64,000 bases of DNA, from assembly GCA_963720565.1 (NCBI GenBank), contig CAVRFW010000005.1, positions 1-64,000 on the forward strand. The letters run 5' to 3'. The first letter of the stretch is position 1. The number at the start of each line of letters is the position of its first letter. Positions 52,080-64,000 of this stretch are shown here, piece after piece. Under the pieces are notes generated by a model, which did no database searches, was not told the DNA's origin, and saw only the letters and a list, made by a program, of their open reading frames with translations. Source of the stretch: Candidatus Bathyarchaeota archaeon. GTDB lineage: Archaea > Thermoproteota > Bathyarchaeia > Bathyarchaeales > Bathycorpusculaceae. A program made the position numbers and the translations under genes.

Positions 52080-52367
52080 TCAGACTTGCGTGCGCTTGCC
52101 GGCTATTACTTGTTCAATGTTGGCTTTTTCGGAGTCTGCTATTAGGAGTCTTTTTTGTCTTGATGTTGAGCCTGAGATTATTTCTACTTTGGCGTGGAAG
52201 ATTCTTGAGAGTTCTTTTATGATTTCCTTGTTTACTTTTCCCTCTACTGGTTCTTCGGTTGAATAGATAGTTATTTCGTCGTTATCGGCTATAATATTGA
52301 ATTTGTGAGAGTTTGGTTTTACAAATACTTCGATTAGGACACCATGTTTCGTTTGTGTGATTTTCAT
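52080..52367 (-). CDS. DUF167 (YggU-like) protein
   Basis: VKPNS, PVEGKVN and SGSTSRQK motifs. Confidence 0.85.
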   Translation of the reverse strand: MKITQTKHGVLIEVFVKPNSHKFNIIADNDEITIYSTEEPVEGKVNKEIIKELSRIFHAKVEIISGSTSRQKRLLIADSEKANIEQVIAGKRTQV

Positions 52368-54011
52368 GCTGTGATGCACTCGGCGCTGGTTCTGCCTCCG
52401 CTTTGGAGGGCCCAACTGAACTTCTTTCGGAGCGTTGCAGGGTAGAACTTTTCCAGGTTGAAGTCGACTTTTTTAGCCCATTTGACGTAGGCTTTTGGGT
52501 CAATGTAAGATTTGAGGGAAGTACCCAGATTGTATTCTTTCGTGAGTTTGGTCAGCTCTAAGTCGAGTTTGGCTTTTTCTATTCTAGTAGTCAGGGATTC
52601 GGTTTTCTTGCCTTCGGCTTTTTTCTGTTTAAGCTGGGTTTCCATTTGTTTTAGTTTTTCGTCTTTCTTGGCGAGACGTTCATCGAAGGTAGGTGGGACT
52701 TTGCGTTTGTGGTTTGCAACTTCGGCTACCTTGAGGTTTGCCTTCTTCGCGGCGTAGTTCTTGAGGTATTCGGGGTCTTCTTTTCCTATTCCGCTCTTGT
52801 CGAGTTCTTCGTTTACGGTTTTTGTGCATCTCCAAGTGCGGAAAACCTTGGCGGTTAGTCCAGGCATCTTTTCTGAGAGGAACCGTGAGACTTTTTTGGA
52901 GTCTACTCCTTCGAAGAGGTATTCCTTGCTTGTTTTTGAGTATTCTCTTATGTTTCTGATGACTGAGGGCGGGGCCTTGACTGTTTTTATCCATCTGACT
53001 GAGTCTTTGCCTAAAAAGTCGAAGTGTAATGTGTCGTCCTCAATTTTAATGTGTTCAGATCTCAGCGTGATTGCGCCAACAGTGTCTGCTTCGTCAGGGT
53101 CTTTTTCGTCGCCGACCCTCATGTTTGGGTTGAGTATGAGCCAGCAGACAGTGGATACTTTCCGTTTTCCCTCGTCTTTGGAGTCGAGGTTTCTCATTAT
53201 GTGCTCTTCAATCTTTCCGATTTGCTTGCCCAAAGCTTCGGCTTTCTTGAATTTCTCTTTCTCGCGGTTTTGCTTTAGAAAAGCAGAGTCGCTGAACCAG
53301 ACGTACTTGATTTTTCCCGTTAGCTTGTCTTCCCATTTAGCCACGTACATCCTGTCTGGTTCCCACACAGTTTTCCAGCCTTCCAGTTTTGGTGCGTCAG
53401 GAGACAAGTTGAGAATTATGTCCTCTTTGCTTGGGCCTTCTTTCCATCTTCCACGCTGTGGGTGATCTCCGCGTCCGGCGAATAGGCATGAGGGTTCTGA
53501 GGTCCAGTTTGCTACTTCCAGTTTTTGCCCATCAACTTCAGCTACGCCGTATTTGGCTTTCATTTCTTCTCTGATTACTTTTCTTTCTGCTGCTTTCTGT
53601 TTCTTCTCGGCCTGCGACATTGTTTCTTTAGTTAGTCTTTCCTGTTTCACGAAATCCGTGATTTGGCTAAAGTCGATGTCTTTGTGGATAGGAGAGATCA
53701 GAGTTGCCGATGTCGGTTCCACTGTAACTGCGGATTTTCTTGTTGTATTCTGACGAGAAGTTTTCCATGAATTGTAGTGAAGGGTTTTCGCGTTTTAGTT
53801 GTTCTAGGAATTCGTGCATAAAGTTTTCCATGAATACTTTGTCAGGTGGAGACAGTTCAGACTGCCTTTTTCTGATCCATGCGATTGCCATCTGCTCGGT
53901 CTTGGAACTCAAGGGGATTGTTGTCCCACGAATTTTGACTTTGAATCCTTTGTGCTCGTATTGCGGAATGTATATGCCCTGGTGTTTTAGGCTTTTCATG
54001 ACCTGTTTCAT
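52364..54011 (-). CDS. DNA topoisomerase IB (frameshift near 53700)
   Basis: GRGDHP, RVGDEK, FDFLGKDS, AKVFRT, NH and SLKSYIDP motifs. Confidence 0.92.
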
Positions 54012-54170
54012 ATGGTGATCCTCTTGTAATGGGTTTGAAATGTGTTTGATTTCACTGTTTGAAACCTTTCAACTTAGCTTCTAAGCTTCTATGGCTTTTT
54101 TACTTTTTGTGCTTAGAATATAGTTTCTGTTTTCAGTCTTTCTCGCGCCTTAAAAATGTTCACTGCCAGT

Positions 54171-54587
54171 CTACTTGGAAAGGTATGAGGCAAGTCCAGA
54201 TTTTTTTGAGGCTCTATTGCGCTGTAGTTTAATGTAAAGTTGTTCGACGATTTTTCGTTCCACGTACCCTTTGTGGGGCCGGAAGCCGCCTGAAAAACCG
54301 CCTGGGATGTGCAGGAGCTCGTGAATCAGAGTTTTCTCTTTGTCCTCTTTGGACATTTTGTCGTATATTTCAGAGATAACCTCGATCGTGTAGGAAGGTG
54401 GTATGTTGAGGACACCCTGCCAGATTTTGCCTAAGCCGTGGATTCGCGCGATTGTTCTTCTGGCTTTTGAGCCTTTGGAGCGGACGCAGAAAACGAATTG
54501 CGGTACAACGTGGTACAACTCCAAGTCAGAAGCGATCTGGTCTACTTGTTGTTTGATTTCGGGGGCGTCATAATACTTAATCGGCAT
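54171..54587 (-). CDS. HEXXH zinc metallopeptidase
   Basis: TLIHELLHIP; ARIHG. Confidence 0.8.
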   Translation of the reverse strand: MPIKYYDAPEIKQQVDQIASDLELYHVVPQFVFCVRSKGSKARRTIARIHGLGKIWQGVLNIPPSYTIEVISEIYDKMSKEDKEKTLIHELLHIPGGFSGGFRPHKGYVERKIVEQLYIKLQRNRASKKSGLASYLSK

Positions 54588-54668
54588 AGTTCTTATCTTC
54601 AGATTGGGTATAGGTCATTGGATCAATTCGAGTTAAAAAGGTAACGTGTGAAGCTAGTTTCCAATGCC

Positions 54669-57600
54669 CTAAGGGAAAAATCCCCCTGAGGGACCAAGCC
54701 TCGTAACCTTAGTGTAGATGGTGAAACTAGTGTACTTGGTTCCAGGTGTATAAGTTCCACCTGAGTAGAGACCGTCAATGATCGTGCCAGTGCAGCTTCC
54801 TCCAACATAGACATCATAAGTGGAGCCCAATGCGAGACTAGGAAGCGAAAAAACTATCGACTGATACTGTTTCGTAGGCTTTAAGGTGAAGATCCCAGTT
54901 CCGTCGCTGGCTTGGACATGGATTAGAGTGCCTGCTGGATATGGAGACCGGAAATTTAGCATAACCGAATATTGAGTCGACAGATTCCCAGGAGGCAAAG
55001 CCATACCTGAACTTCCCACCGCATACAGAAAGCCACCAGTGATGTTGAACGCAATGTGATCCAAAGCGCTATTCATGTTAGACGATGGACCGTCAACCAG
55101 CACATAGCCGCCAGTCATCACTACTGCGCCATTTGAGTCAATACCATCTCCCAACGCGTTAACCGCGAGATACCCGCCGTTGATATAGAGATAGTAGTTG
55201 CCTGTGTATGTGGAGAAGCCTATCCCTTGACCTGGACCCGGAAAACCGGAATCAACTCCCATGTTTATGCCGTCATCGCGCGAAACAACATGGATGACTC
55301 CGTTGTTGATTGTCACAACCGGAGCTTCAATGCCCTCGTAAGATCTTGGGATACTAATCTCTCCATTGTTTATTGTAATTGAGGAGTCAGCGTGAATTCC
55401 ATCGTCTCCCGTAGAAAGGACTAGAGAACCGCCATTGATAGCCACATTCCCATTCGAGTGAACGGCATCGTCAGCCGAGTCAATCACAAAAACACCTGCA
55501 TCAATCGTCACACCAACAGCCCCCTTAATGCCCTTCGCGGAAACAACTCCAACTGCCCCACTACTACCCCCTCCAGACACCAGATTGAAGCTTCCACTAG
55601 TGACTAAAACGTTCCCCGCGGCATCAACAGCGTCTCCGCCGGACCGGATACCTATCACACCGCCCCTAACAGATATGTAGCCCATCGTGGCATCCACCAT
55701 ATTGTCGGATTTCAAACCGTCACCACCAACATCCAAAACAAGATTTCCACCGTTAGCAACGAGAAAGTCTTTACCCCGAATGCCGTCGTCAACCGCACTA
55801 ATTGTGATATTGCCACTCTCAATGGTCAACCCGTCTTTGCTCGCGACACCATCATTAAAGTTACCCTCAACATTCAACGAGCCACTGCCCAAGATTACAA
55901 GATTAGATCTGCAGAAGATAGCCGCATTCGGCTCATCCACGCCAGGATTCGCGAAAATATAGGAAGTCCCATCTGACACAGAATTCTCAGTGCCCGCTTC
56001 GAGAGAGAGGATAACATCTTCAGCGTCCAAAACGCAGATTGGAGCACTCGTGGAACAACTAACATGGGAACCGTTCAAAATCAGTTTCACGACACCGGAG
56101 TCCTTTGTGTTAACGATTATTTGCCCATCATTCAAGGAGCCAACTATTCTGTAGGTTCCAGCATACCTGATTGTCAGTTTGCTGCCGTTGACAACCGCAG
56201 GGCGCGAAGAACTAACCGTTATCGAGTTCCCGTTCAGAGCTACATCAACAACCATGGCGGTATCCCATGGTTCATCTCCTGGATCCTGAGATGAATTCGC
56301 AATATCGATGTCTCCATCGGCAATCTGCACAGAACCATCAGCGTAGATTGTTTCATCGCCAGACAATAGAACAAGAGAGCCTCCTCTCACTGTTACCACC
56401 CCATTAGAGTGGAGAGCATCATCAGCCGAATCGATATCAAAAGTGCCGCCGTTTATGGTCACACTAACCGAGGCTTTGATGCCTTTCGCAGAAGCGCCTG
56501 TACTTATAATGCTGTTGCTACCCCCGCCCGAAGTCAGACGAAAGTTTCCACCGTCAATCAATATGTTCTTCTCAGCTTGAATAGCATCCCCGCCAGACGA
56601 GATACCTATCACGCCTTTTACTATCGATACAATCCCAGAGTTCGGGTTTCCGATAATTGCTACGGCATCTATGCCGTCGTCGCTTGAAACGATGTTTATG
56701 TCTCCATCGTTAAGGGTGACAATGGCGCTTTCTATGCCCTCGAAGGATTGCAGGATGTCGATGTCTCCGCCATTAATCTCAACAGAACCGTCAGCGTGAA
56801 TAGCGTCATCCCCAGATGAAAGAACGGTAAAGCCACCGTTCACTGTTACGGTTCCGTTTGAACGTATTGTATTGTTCCCAGAGCTGTTAGTGTTAGTATT
56901 TTGGGTGTCTGCAATTGCGTGTATGGCGTCTATGGTTGAGGTAATGTTTAGATTGCCGTCATTGATGGTGACAGCAGCACCTTCGATACCCTCGACAGAT
57001 TTTGCGACGTTGATGTCTCCTTTATTGACGTCCACAGAGCAGTCAGCGTGAATGGCGTCATCGCCAGATGAAATTGTAAAAGATCCCTCGTTCAACGTTA
57101 CCGTTCCATTCGAATGAAGAGCATCATCAGCCGAATCAATCTCGAAAGTCCCGCCGCTAATAATCACGCTAGCAAGTCCTTTGATGCCTTTTGCAGAAAC
57201 ACTATTCGCAATAACGCGGCCACTTCCCCCACCAGACTTTAGGCTAAAATTTCCATCGGTAATCAAAACGTCTTTCTCTGCCTGAACAGCGTCTCCGGCT
57301 GAGACAATGCTAATCGTCCCTTCTTCAACCGATACGTAACCTAACGTGGCGTTCTCTGCGTTATCAGATTTCAAACCGTCACCACCAACATTCAAGTCGA
57401 TGCTGCCCCCCTTGACAATGATGTAGTCTCTGCCTCGGATGCCATCATCTACCGATTGGACAGTGATGGTGCCACTTTGAATAACCAGCCCATCTTTACT
57501 TGCTATGCCGTCATTGTAGTTCCCGATAACCCTCAACGAACCCTCACCGGAAAAAGTCAAATCAGATTTGCTGAAGATAGCTGCGTTAGGCTCGTCCTCA

Positions 57601-58028
57601 TTGGGACTATCATAAACATATGATAGCCCATCTCCTACAAAGTTTTGGGTGTCAGCTTCGAGAAAGATGACAGCTTCTTCGGCATCTATGACACAGATCG
57701 GAGAGCTTGTGGAACAGTTAATAGTGACGCCGTTAAAGATGAGTTTCACTGGTCCATCATCTTGGGTGTAAACGATTATCTGGCCATCGCTTAGAGAGCC
57801 ACTTATCTTGTACGTGCCCGAAGACCCAATAGTCATCCTGCTGCCGTTGACGACTGCGCGGCTTGGCGAACTGACAGTGATAGAATTTCCCTGCAACTCC
57901 ACATAGACGATCTCTGAACTGTCAACGGGACTGTCACCGGGAGAATGAGACACTAACAGCTGGTATCCTACAAAGAATGCCAGCATAGAAATGCACGCAA
58001 TTGCCACAGCCACTAGACCCTTGTCCAT
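54669..58028 (-). CDS. Large secreted beta-helix carbohydrate-binding protein (DUF4353-like, duplicated)
   Basis: repeated DDA(L/I)H and GIKG motifs; two homologous modules. Confidence 0.8.
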   Translation of the reverse strand: MDKGLVAVAIACISMLAFFVGYQLLVSHSPGDSPVDSSEIVYVELQGNSITVSSPSRAVVNGSRMTIGSSGTYKISGSLSDGQIIVYTQDDGPVKLIFNGVTINCSTSSPICVIDAEEAVIFLEADTQNFVGDGLSYVYDSPNEDEPNAAIFSKSDLTFSGEGSLRVIGNYNDGIASKDGLVIQSGTITVQSVDDGIRGRDYIIVKGGSIDLNVGGDGLKSDNAENATLGYVSVEEGTISIVSAGDAVQAEKDVLITDGNFSLKSGGGSGRVIANSVSAKGIKGLASVIISGGTFEIDSADDALHSNGTVTLNEGSFTISSGDDAIHADCSVDVNKGDINVAKSVEGIEGAAVTINDGNLNITSTIDAIHAIADTQNTNTNSSGNNTIRSNGTVTVNGGFTVLSSGDDAIHADGSVEINGGDIDILQSFEGIESAIVTLNDGDINIVSSDDGIDAVAIIGNPNSGIVSIVKGVIGISSGGDAIQAEKNILIDGGNFRLTSGGGSNSIISTGASAKGIKASVSVTINGGTFDIDSADDALHSNGVVTVRGGSLVLLSGDETIYADGSVQIADGDIDIANSSQDPGDEPWDTAMVVDVALNGNSITVSSSRPAVVNGSKLTIRYAGTYRIVGSLNDGQIIVNTKDSGVVKLILNGSHVSCSTSAPICVLDAEDVILSLEAGTENSVSDGTSYIFANPGVDEPNAAIFCRSNLVILGSGSLNVEGNFNDGVASKDGLTIESGNITISAVDDGIRGKDFLVANGGNLVLDVGGDGLKSDNMVDATMGYISVRGGVIGIRSGGDAVDAAGNVLVTSGSFNLVSGGGSSGAVGVVSAKGIKGAVGVTIDAGVFVIDSADDAVHSNGNVAINGGSLVLSTGDDGIHADSSITINNGEISIPRSYEGIEAPVVTINNGVIHVVSRDDGINMGVDSGFPGPGQGIGFSTYTGNYYLYINGGYLAVNALGDGIDSNGAVVMTGGYVLVDGPSSNMNSALDHIAFNITGGFLYAVGSSGMALPPGNLSTQYSVMLNFRSPYPAGTLIHVQASDGTGIFTLKPTKQYQSIVFSLPSLALGSTYDVYVGGSCTGTIIDGLYSGGTYTPGTKYTSFTIYTKVTRLGPSGGFFP

Positions 58029-58088
58029 GTCTCAATTCCACCGTTCGCAAGCTCTAATAATCTTTCGCCAAGAGATGACAGAATCAAG

Positions 58089-58839
58089 TTATTCAGCACC
58101 CTTGCATTGCAGGATGCAAGCTGGATTTCCGGCCCTCAACATGTCCTGATCCCTGCACATAACAAACTTGCCCACAGCAGACTGCGGACGAATCGTATCG
58201 GGAAACAAACCGCAGATGAAGAGAGGAAGCACTTCATCGTACTTTATCTCCAGAATAACATCGGATTCCTTGACAATGCTCATTGTGCAAATGTCGCGGT
58301 CAAAAAAGGAGACCAGACCCAAACCCATTCGCAATCCTGTGTCAAATGTTATCCGAACATTGCCCACAGGGTGAAAATAGGCTATGTCGCTCATACTCAA
58401 CAACAGCAACGGGTTTGATGAGGTTGCAGCGACATTCTTGATAGAAATCTCGGAGAAGTTGATGGTCCGAATTAGCCAGGAAACCGACGTCTCCAGCAAT
58501 AATGCGATCAGCCTCTTCCCGAGTGAGCCTCACAGTCTCCTTGAAAACGTATCTCTGAATCTTCGTCTTCCGCTCAAACTTGATGACTAAATCGCTGCGA
58601 TTGTATATGCGAATGCGATATTTCTTGCGTCTGTAAACGCCTGCCTGCTTTTCCCAATAAGCCGAGTTCCTGAAATCATCGAAATACAGGCTTCTAATGT
58701 GGTATCGACCATTAGCCTCCATATGAGGGTCAGGCTTGAGAACCATAGCAAGGTTCTTATGCAGAACGTCAAACTGCAGGCGGTCGATTCTGTACTTAAG
58801 TTCATGTCTCAAGCATGAAGCTCTACGGCTATCCATCAT
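58089..58839 (-). CDS. VTC-domain polyphosphate polymerase (frameshift near 58385)
   Basis: RHELKY, IRSLYFD, KYRIRIY, RITFD and LEIKY motifs. Confidence 0.85.
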
Positions 58840-59468
58840 TCTTCCTCCGTCCTCGCACCCTGCCGCTCAAAACCACCAAAACGCACACCGCAAGAGACAA
58901 TGCGATGAAAACCCAAACAGGCCAATCCGAAGAAACGCCAGTCCTGAGGATTCTCCATGTTTGCTTCGCCTGCGGTTGGATTCAGTATGTAACTCCAAGT
59001 TGAGCTTCCATCAGGCAGCCGCCCATAAGAAACATCCCTGAGTTGCTTACCAAACGAAACCTGATCAATAACAGTTACACCATCAGTAGACAAAAGAGTC
59101 AAGGTTCCCCCATTCGCGTTCGGTGAAAAATTGGTGTGAAGCATCCCCGCCCCCGAACCTCTATTACCCCAAACCAAAAGAAAACTGCCAGGAGCCACTA
59201 CGGTGCCATTTGGAAACTGCCAATTAATGCTGCTCAGTTCTTCGGTGAGGTACATTCCGCTTAGGTCAACCGATGTGTTGCCACTATTGTAAAGCTCAAT
59301 CCAGTCCGGAAAAGTCATATAAGGTCCCCCAACAGCAGCATCGTTGTCAGCCATGAACTCGTTTATAACCAGACTGCTGCTTGAATCCCCGGCCGCTACA
59401 GCAAGCACTGACAGCAATATGAGCAGCGCAGTTAATACAGCAAGCACTGAATTCTTCGTAATATTCAC
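58836..59468 (-). CDS. Lamin-tail-domain surface protein
   Basis: VINEFMA, DWIELYN and VSYGR.PDG motifs. Confidence 0.8.
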   Translation of the reverse strand: MNITKNSVLAVLTALLILLSVLAVAAGDSSSSLVINEFMADNDAAVGGPYMTFPDWIELYNSGNTSVDLSGMYLTEELSSINWQFPNGTVVAPGSFLLVWGNRGSGAGMLHTNFSPNANGGTLTLLSTDGVTVIDQVSFGKQLRDVSYGRLPDGSSTWSYILNPTAGEANMENPQDWRFFGLACLGFHRIVSCGVRFGGFERQGARTEEE

Positions 59469-59533
59469 CTATTAGTGAAAGCCATTTGGGATTTTACTAA
59501 ACCGTTTTTTCCTATGTGGTTGCCGGCACGGTT

Positions 59534-60197
59534 TTAGGATGAATCGGATCTGTAGCTGACGATTGATGCGTCTTTTACGCCTTTTATCTTCAGGAGCTCG
59601 TCTACCTTAACAGCGTCTTTGTTGCTCATTCTTACTTCTCCCATGAACTCTACGCCGTCAGCGTTAACCGTTCGAGATCGAAGCCTGTATCGAGGTAGAG
59701 CAGCCTGAACTGCTTCTTCAGCATCACTCGCATAATGAACTACTAGCAAATATGGGTCAGGACCGCGAAAGCTAGTACGCTCCAGCACCAATAGCAGACA
59801 GACCGATTACTGGAACACCGACGATTGCAATCATGTACAAACCTGCACCGCAGATAATTCCTACAGCTATAGACCAGAAAGTGAAAACAATGTCTTTCGG
59901 ATCTTTGATAGCAGTGCGAAAACGGATGATGCTAAGGGCACCCACCATTCCAAGGGATAAGGCGATGTTGGAGCTTATCGGCAAAACAACCAGAGCCACG
60001 ACCAAACCAGTTAAAACTAAACCGACGTTAAACTCTCGAGTGTAAACTACACCCTTGAAGGTTTTTCTGTAAATGTAGAAAATAAACAAGTTAATAACGA
60101 ATGTCACAATGAGCGCCACCAAAACACGGTCTATTGTTAGCGATTGATAGGTGTTTGGCGGGTTTAAGAAGTCGGTTATAAACTGTTCCCAATCCAT
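59534..60197 (-). CDS. DUF4956 membrane protein (frameshift near 59790)
   Basis: LSLGMVGALSIIRFRTAIKDP. Confidence 0.88.
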
Positions 60198-60459
60198 TTA
60201 GGCCAACTCACACGTCTTTTCCTGCTATTTACTATATAGTTTTTGCGTCTTTTCAATTTGGATAGCATCTATTCGTGTTCCTAAATTCGTTTTGAAGACG
60301 GACATTTCCCTCTCTACGTCTGAGTGCTTCTCCGTTAGAAAATCATGGCTTGATATGCCCCTCAACCTGAGGCAAACAAGAAACACTCATTAGAATATTC
60401 AGCAGCAGCTACGTGCGCTAAAGTGATTAGTGTCATTCCGAATTTTCCTGCGCAGTTGG

Positions 60460-63400
60460 TTACCCTTCTGTAAGAGGTATTTCGTCTTTGAGGAATCTTT
60501 GCCCAGTCATCTTCTTTATCTTGAGGAAACTTGCCGTGCCTTCCGGTGTATCTCTTTCGCGAATAGTTATCTCTCCGTCGAACAGGCCTACAACAGCCTG
60601 CAACTCTTCAGCAGGATGCATGCCCGGGTCGATTACTGCGAGGATAGTGAAGCCTTTGGATTTCAGGGTTGGCAGGATGGAGCTCAACCACCTTCGCGTC
60701 GTCACAGCATGATGCTGCAACAGGACGTCTGACACCAGGTCGATGCAAATCCTCTTTGGACCAGTTCGCGATGAATCAAGCGTGCGGAAAGCCTTGGTCA
60801 GGGTGATGTCTATGTCTGTGAGGTTTTCTACGCCTTTGAGTTTGAACACGTTTGGCGCGCTCTGCACCGTGGTTTCGGCCTGGGGGCTGCAAACGATGAG
60901 GTGGAAGTTGGAGGGGTATTTTTCAGCCAGCTTCTTTGCGCCTGCAGCCCCGGTTGTTATGTGGAATGCTGTTTCACCAGTTTCAAGGCCTGCTTCCAAG
61001 AAGATTTCAACGAGCAGTGTTCTTTCGTCGCTGGAAGGCGCAGCTAGTACCACCGCATACTTTTCCGGTATCCCTCCCAACAGTAGCATATCGAGTTCAA
61101 TGCTTCCGGTAGAGACCCTTCCTGGCAGCGTCTCATGCATCGGCTGCGGTTTCTGGGCCGTTATTGTGGGGGGGCTGACCTTAAACGCCCTTGTTACGCC
61201 CTGGTCATCCATGTAGATGACTTCCGGGTTCAAGCTGTAACTTCCAGCTTTCGTTGCTCTAAGTTTCAGTCTAATGGTCTCAACCTGAAACGCGCCAATA
61301 CGTTTCCCTTTCGTCACGAGAACCCCGTTCTGCATGCTACAATAAGAGGGGAGATTGTTTAAGCTAAACTCAGCCGGAATTAAGCCTTCGATTCTGATGA
61401 GTGTTCCAAGCCCTCGACCAACGTTGACCAGATCAAGTCGCATTTCAAACTCTTCGTCAACTACGACTTGTCTGCGAACCATCAAATGTGCTTTGATGTC
61501 TTCTTGCCTGAAACTCTCTTCTGTCTCACAGTCCGCTCTTCTCTTTTCATCACGGATAGCCTTCGCTTCATCAAAACGCCCTTGTTTATCAAGCGCCCAG
61601 GCATAAACAAGCTTGAATCTCAACAAAGCTGCTAAAGGAAAGGTCGGCTGCATACGCTCAAAACGTTCAATGGATTCCTCAAACATTTGGTTTGATTCCT
61701 TCCACCGATTGTTCCCCGCAAGGAAAACGGGCTTTGGAAAGTCTATTTCCACGAATCTGTGAGTTAGGATTTCTGGCGGAAATTTCATTAGTTTGTCAAA
61801 GAACTCCGATGAACGATTCATGTTCCCAAGTATAGCGTACTCTATAACCAGGTTGGAGTAAACCATTGCGTGTGAAACCGCTGAATCTGTCTTCCCGGTC
61901 AGCTCTAGAGCTTTAAGACTGTAAGCCAAACCTTTCTCAAAATCACCGAAGTACCAGTAAGACCGAGCTGCCGTCGCATAGGTATAGACTTGCCTAAGAT
62001 AGTCACCCATCTTCATTCTTTCATCTATTTCTATGGCTTTGGAAAACATATCTAATGCTTCATGATCGAGGAGACTCAATGAGAGTGCCAAGCCTACAAC
62101 AAAATATGCTTCCATCTGCCACCGATAGTCTCCTATTTCTCGAAAAATGGCAATTGAGCATAGTGATTCAGCCAATCCTTTCTTTCGCTCATATTCCGTT
62201 TGAGCATATATTGTATGCTGACCACCTGTTCCAATTAAAGCCCAGGCAGCATCCCAAACAGAATATTCTTCTTCAAAAACCTGTAAGGCTGTCTCCCAAT
62301 TCCCGATAGCAGCAAGATAATTACCCTGTAATGCAAAACTTCTTCCTTTGCTTACTAGGTATTCTTAGTATTTTCCAGCCGATCAGCAGCAGCAAATGGC
62401 TCTGCAGCCTTTGCCAGGTCCATTAGGCGAGTCATATCTCCGTATTGGAAAACAGCTTCCATTGCTTTTCTGAATGCTCGCAATTTCAAAGCGCTGTTTG
62501 CAGATGCCTTGGCAATGTCCTCAAATATTGTGATTGCGTCTTTGAACATGCTGTTTGCGTAGTAGGAATCTCCAGTTTTTCGAGTGCAATTTCTCTATCG
62601 GCAACGCGTCCAGGAGCTTCCCTGATTACCTGCAGCACGTAGGTGAAATGTTTAATGGCCTCGGCATTGCTCCATCTCCCTAGAGCGTCCTCACCTGCAG
62701 CCAACGCTTGTCGTACTGCGTTTTCCTCGTCGCCAGCCTGAGCGAAGTGATAGGCCAATTCTCCATATGGCAACTTGCCGTTTTTGTAGGTTTTTACAAG
62801 CTGGGCCGCCAACCTTAGCATGATAGACTCTTTTCAGAGCAGGAGAAAGTTCTTCATAAATTACGTCACGAGTCCTAGCACGGTCAAATCGATACAAGTC
62901 TCCCTCACATTGAAGCAGGGAGGTAGTTTGATTTATCAGATCTAATGTTTCAACAACTTCAGAATAATCTTGATTGAGCATAGAAGCGAGGAGATACGCG
63001 TCAAACTTCTCTCCGATAACTGAAGCCGCTTCAACCATCTTCCTCTGCTGACGCAACAGACAGCTTAGCCTTTGAAGTACAATGTCCTTAATCTTTGCTG
63101 GTATTCCCAATTTGCCGCTAGTGAAACGCCACTTGTCACGGTCCTGAACAAGTTCGTTACGTTCGTTCAGCATTCTTAGTAGTTCGACAACAAGAGCGGA
63201 TTTCCTTGGCTCTCCACTGAGAGTTTCTCTGCCTAGTTCATGTTCTAGTTGACCGTCAAGCATGTTCATTGCGAGCTCGAAGACTCCATCTTGGTTAAGG
63301 CTGGCGACTCTGATTTCCACAACCAAGTCTTCTCGCGTCAATAGTCTTAGAGTTTCAACAAGCGGGCGGGGTCTGCCCTCAGCATCAGTTTTGAGTTCTT

Positions 63401-63947
63401 CGCTTCTGAAGGTGGCTATGAGGAGAACTCTCTCGTCTCTTATGGCGCGGGCGATATAGTGGATTAGTGCCAGAGAGGCTGAGTCTGCCCAATGCAGATC
63501 GTCTATGAAAAGCACAACGGCTTCTTTCTTAGAAAGGGACAGAAGAGTTTTGGTTACAGCTGCGAATGTTTGGTCCTTCCAAACTTGAGGTGTGTACTCT
63601 TGGAGTACCCCGGGGTGGTTAGCTTGGGTTGGACCTTTCAGCCATGTCGTTACATTTTCGGTCTCTGCTGTCTCTTCTTGTGCAAAATACGCGTTGAAGG
63701 CTTCAAAGAACGGGAAGTAGGGAACAGCAGTATTGCTGAGGCACCATCCACTCAACACGGTTGCTCCTTGGCTCTTGGCTGTGTTCAAGAATTCAGCGGT
63801 GAGTCTCGTTTTTCCTGTTCCTGCTTCGCCTGAAACGAAGACTGTTGCTCCTCTTCCTTGAAGATACAGTTTTAGGCAACTCTCCAGCTGGTCAAGTTCA
63901 CGTTCTCTCCCTACAATAGCTGGTTCAGCCAAGATTTTGGATGGCAA
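60460..63947 (-). CDS. AAA/STAND-like ATPase, TPR repeats, Ig-like domain and degenerate KaiC/RAD55 domain; several frameshifts
   Basis: VGREREL, GEAGTGKT and IDDLHWAD; TPR-like helices; STGSIELD.LLLGG C-terminal domain. Confidence 0.8.
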
Positions 63948-64000
63948 TCGGACTAACCTTCCGTCGACTGAGACGAATTTTTCCGTGATAAATTATTTAT

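Noticed and set aside
40143..53465. Long antisense ORFs (e.g. 40143, 47198, 51135, 52761)
   Set aside because: They are shadows of well-supported genes on the opposite strand and have no recognisable motifs.
7600..63250. About 20 frameshifts as programmed frameshifting or mass pseudogenisation
   Set aside because: They also hit conserved genes (Topo IB, CopA, Mrp) that otherwise look intact, and no shared slippery motif is visible. Long-read indel errors are more likely; read polishing would decide.

Overview
Archaeal genomic DNA, most likely Bathyarchaeia. This is inferred from Ftr, a type IB topoisomerase, a Zfx-type ferredoxin, an intron-containing tRNA, a PQQ-like beta-propeller surface protein and an AAA-TPR-KaiC-like protein. 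The left half holds an integrated element of about 21 kb (about 7.9-29.3 kb) that ends at the 3' end of tRNA-Arg(CCG). It has three parts: a virion head-tail joining gene block with no capsid genes, a 13 kb cargo region, and a primase-helicase plus tyrosine integrase module. The most striking feature is in the cargo region. A 22-bp motif (AAAGTTTTCTCTACGCACCAAA) recurs about 11 times in one orientation, usually with exactly one gene between copies and regardless of gene direction. This looks like an integron-like cassette array built on a site that is not attC. The right half is host chromosome: a redox/oxygen-stress cluster, CopA, HypA/Mrp, Ftr, Topo IB next to a HEXXH protease, a VTC/DUF4956 cluster and a large ATPase. 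Many genes carry 1-2 nt frameshifts, probably assembly errors. All calls were made by eye from motifs; no searches were run.
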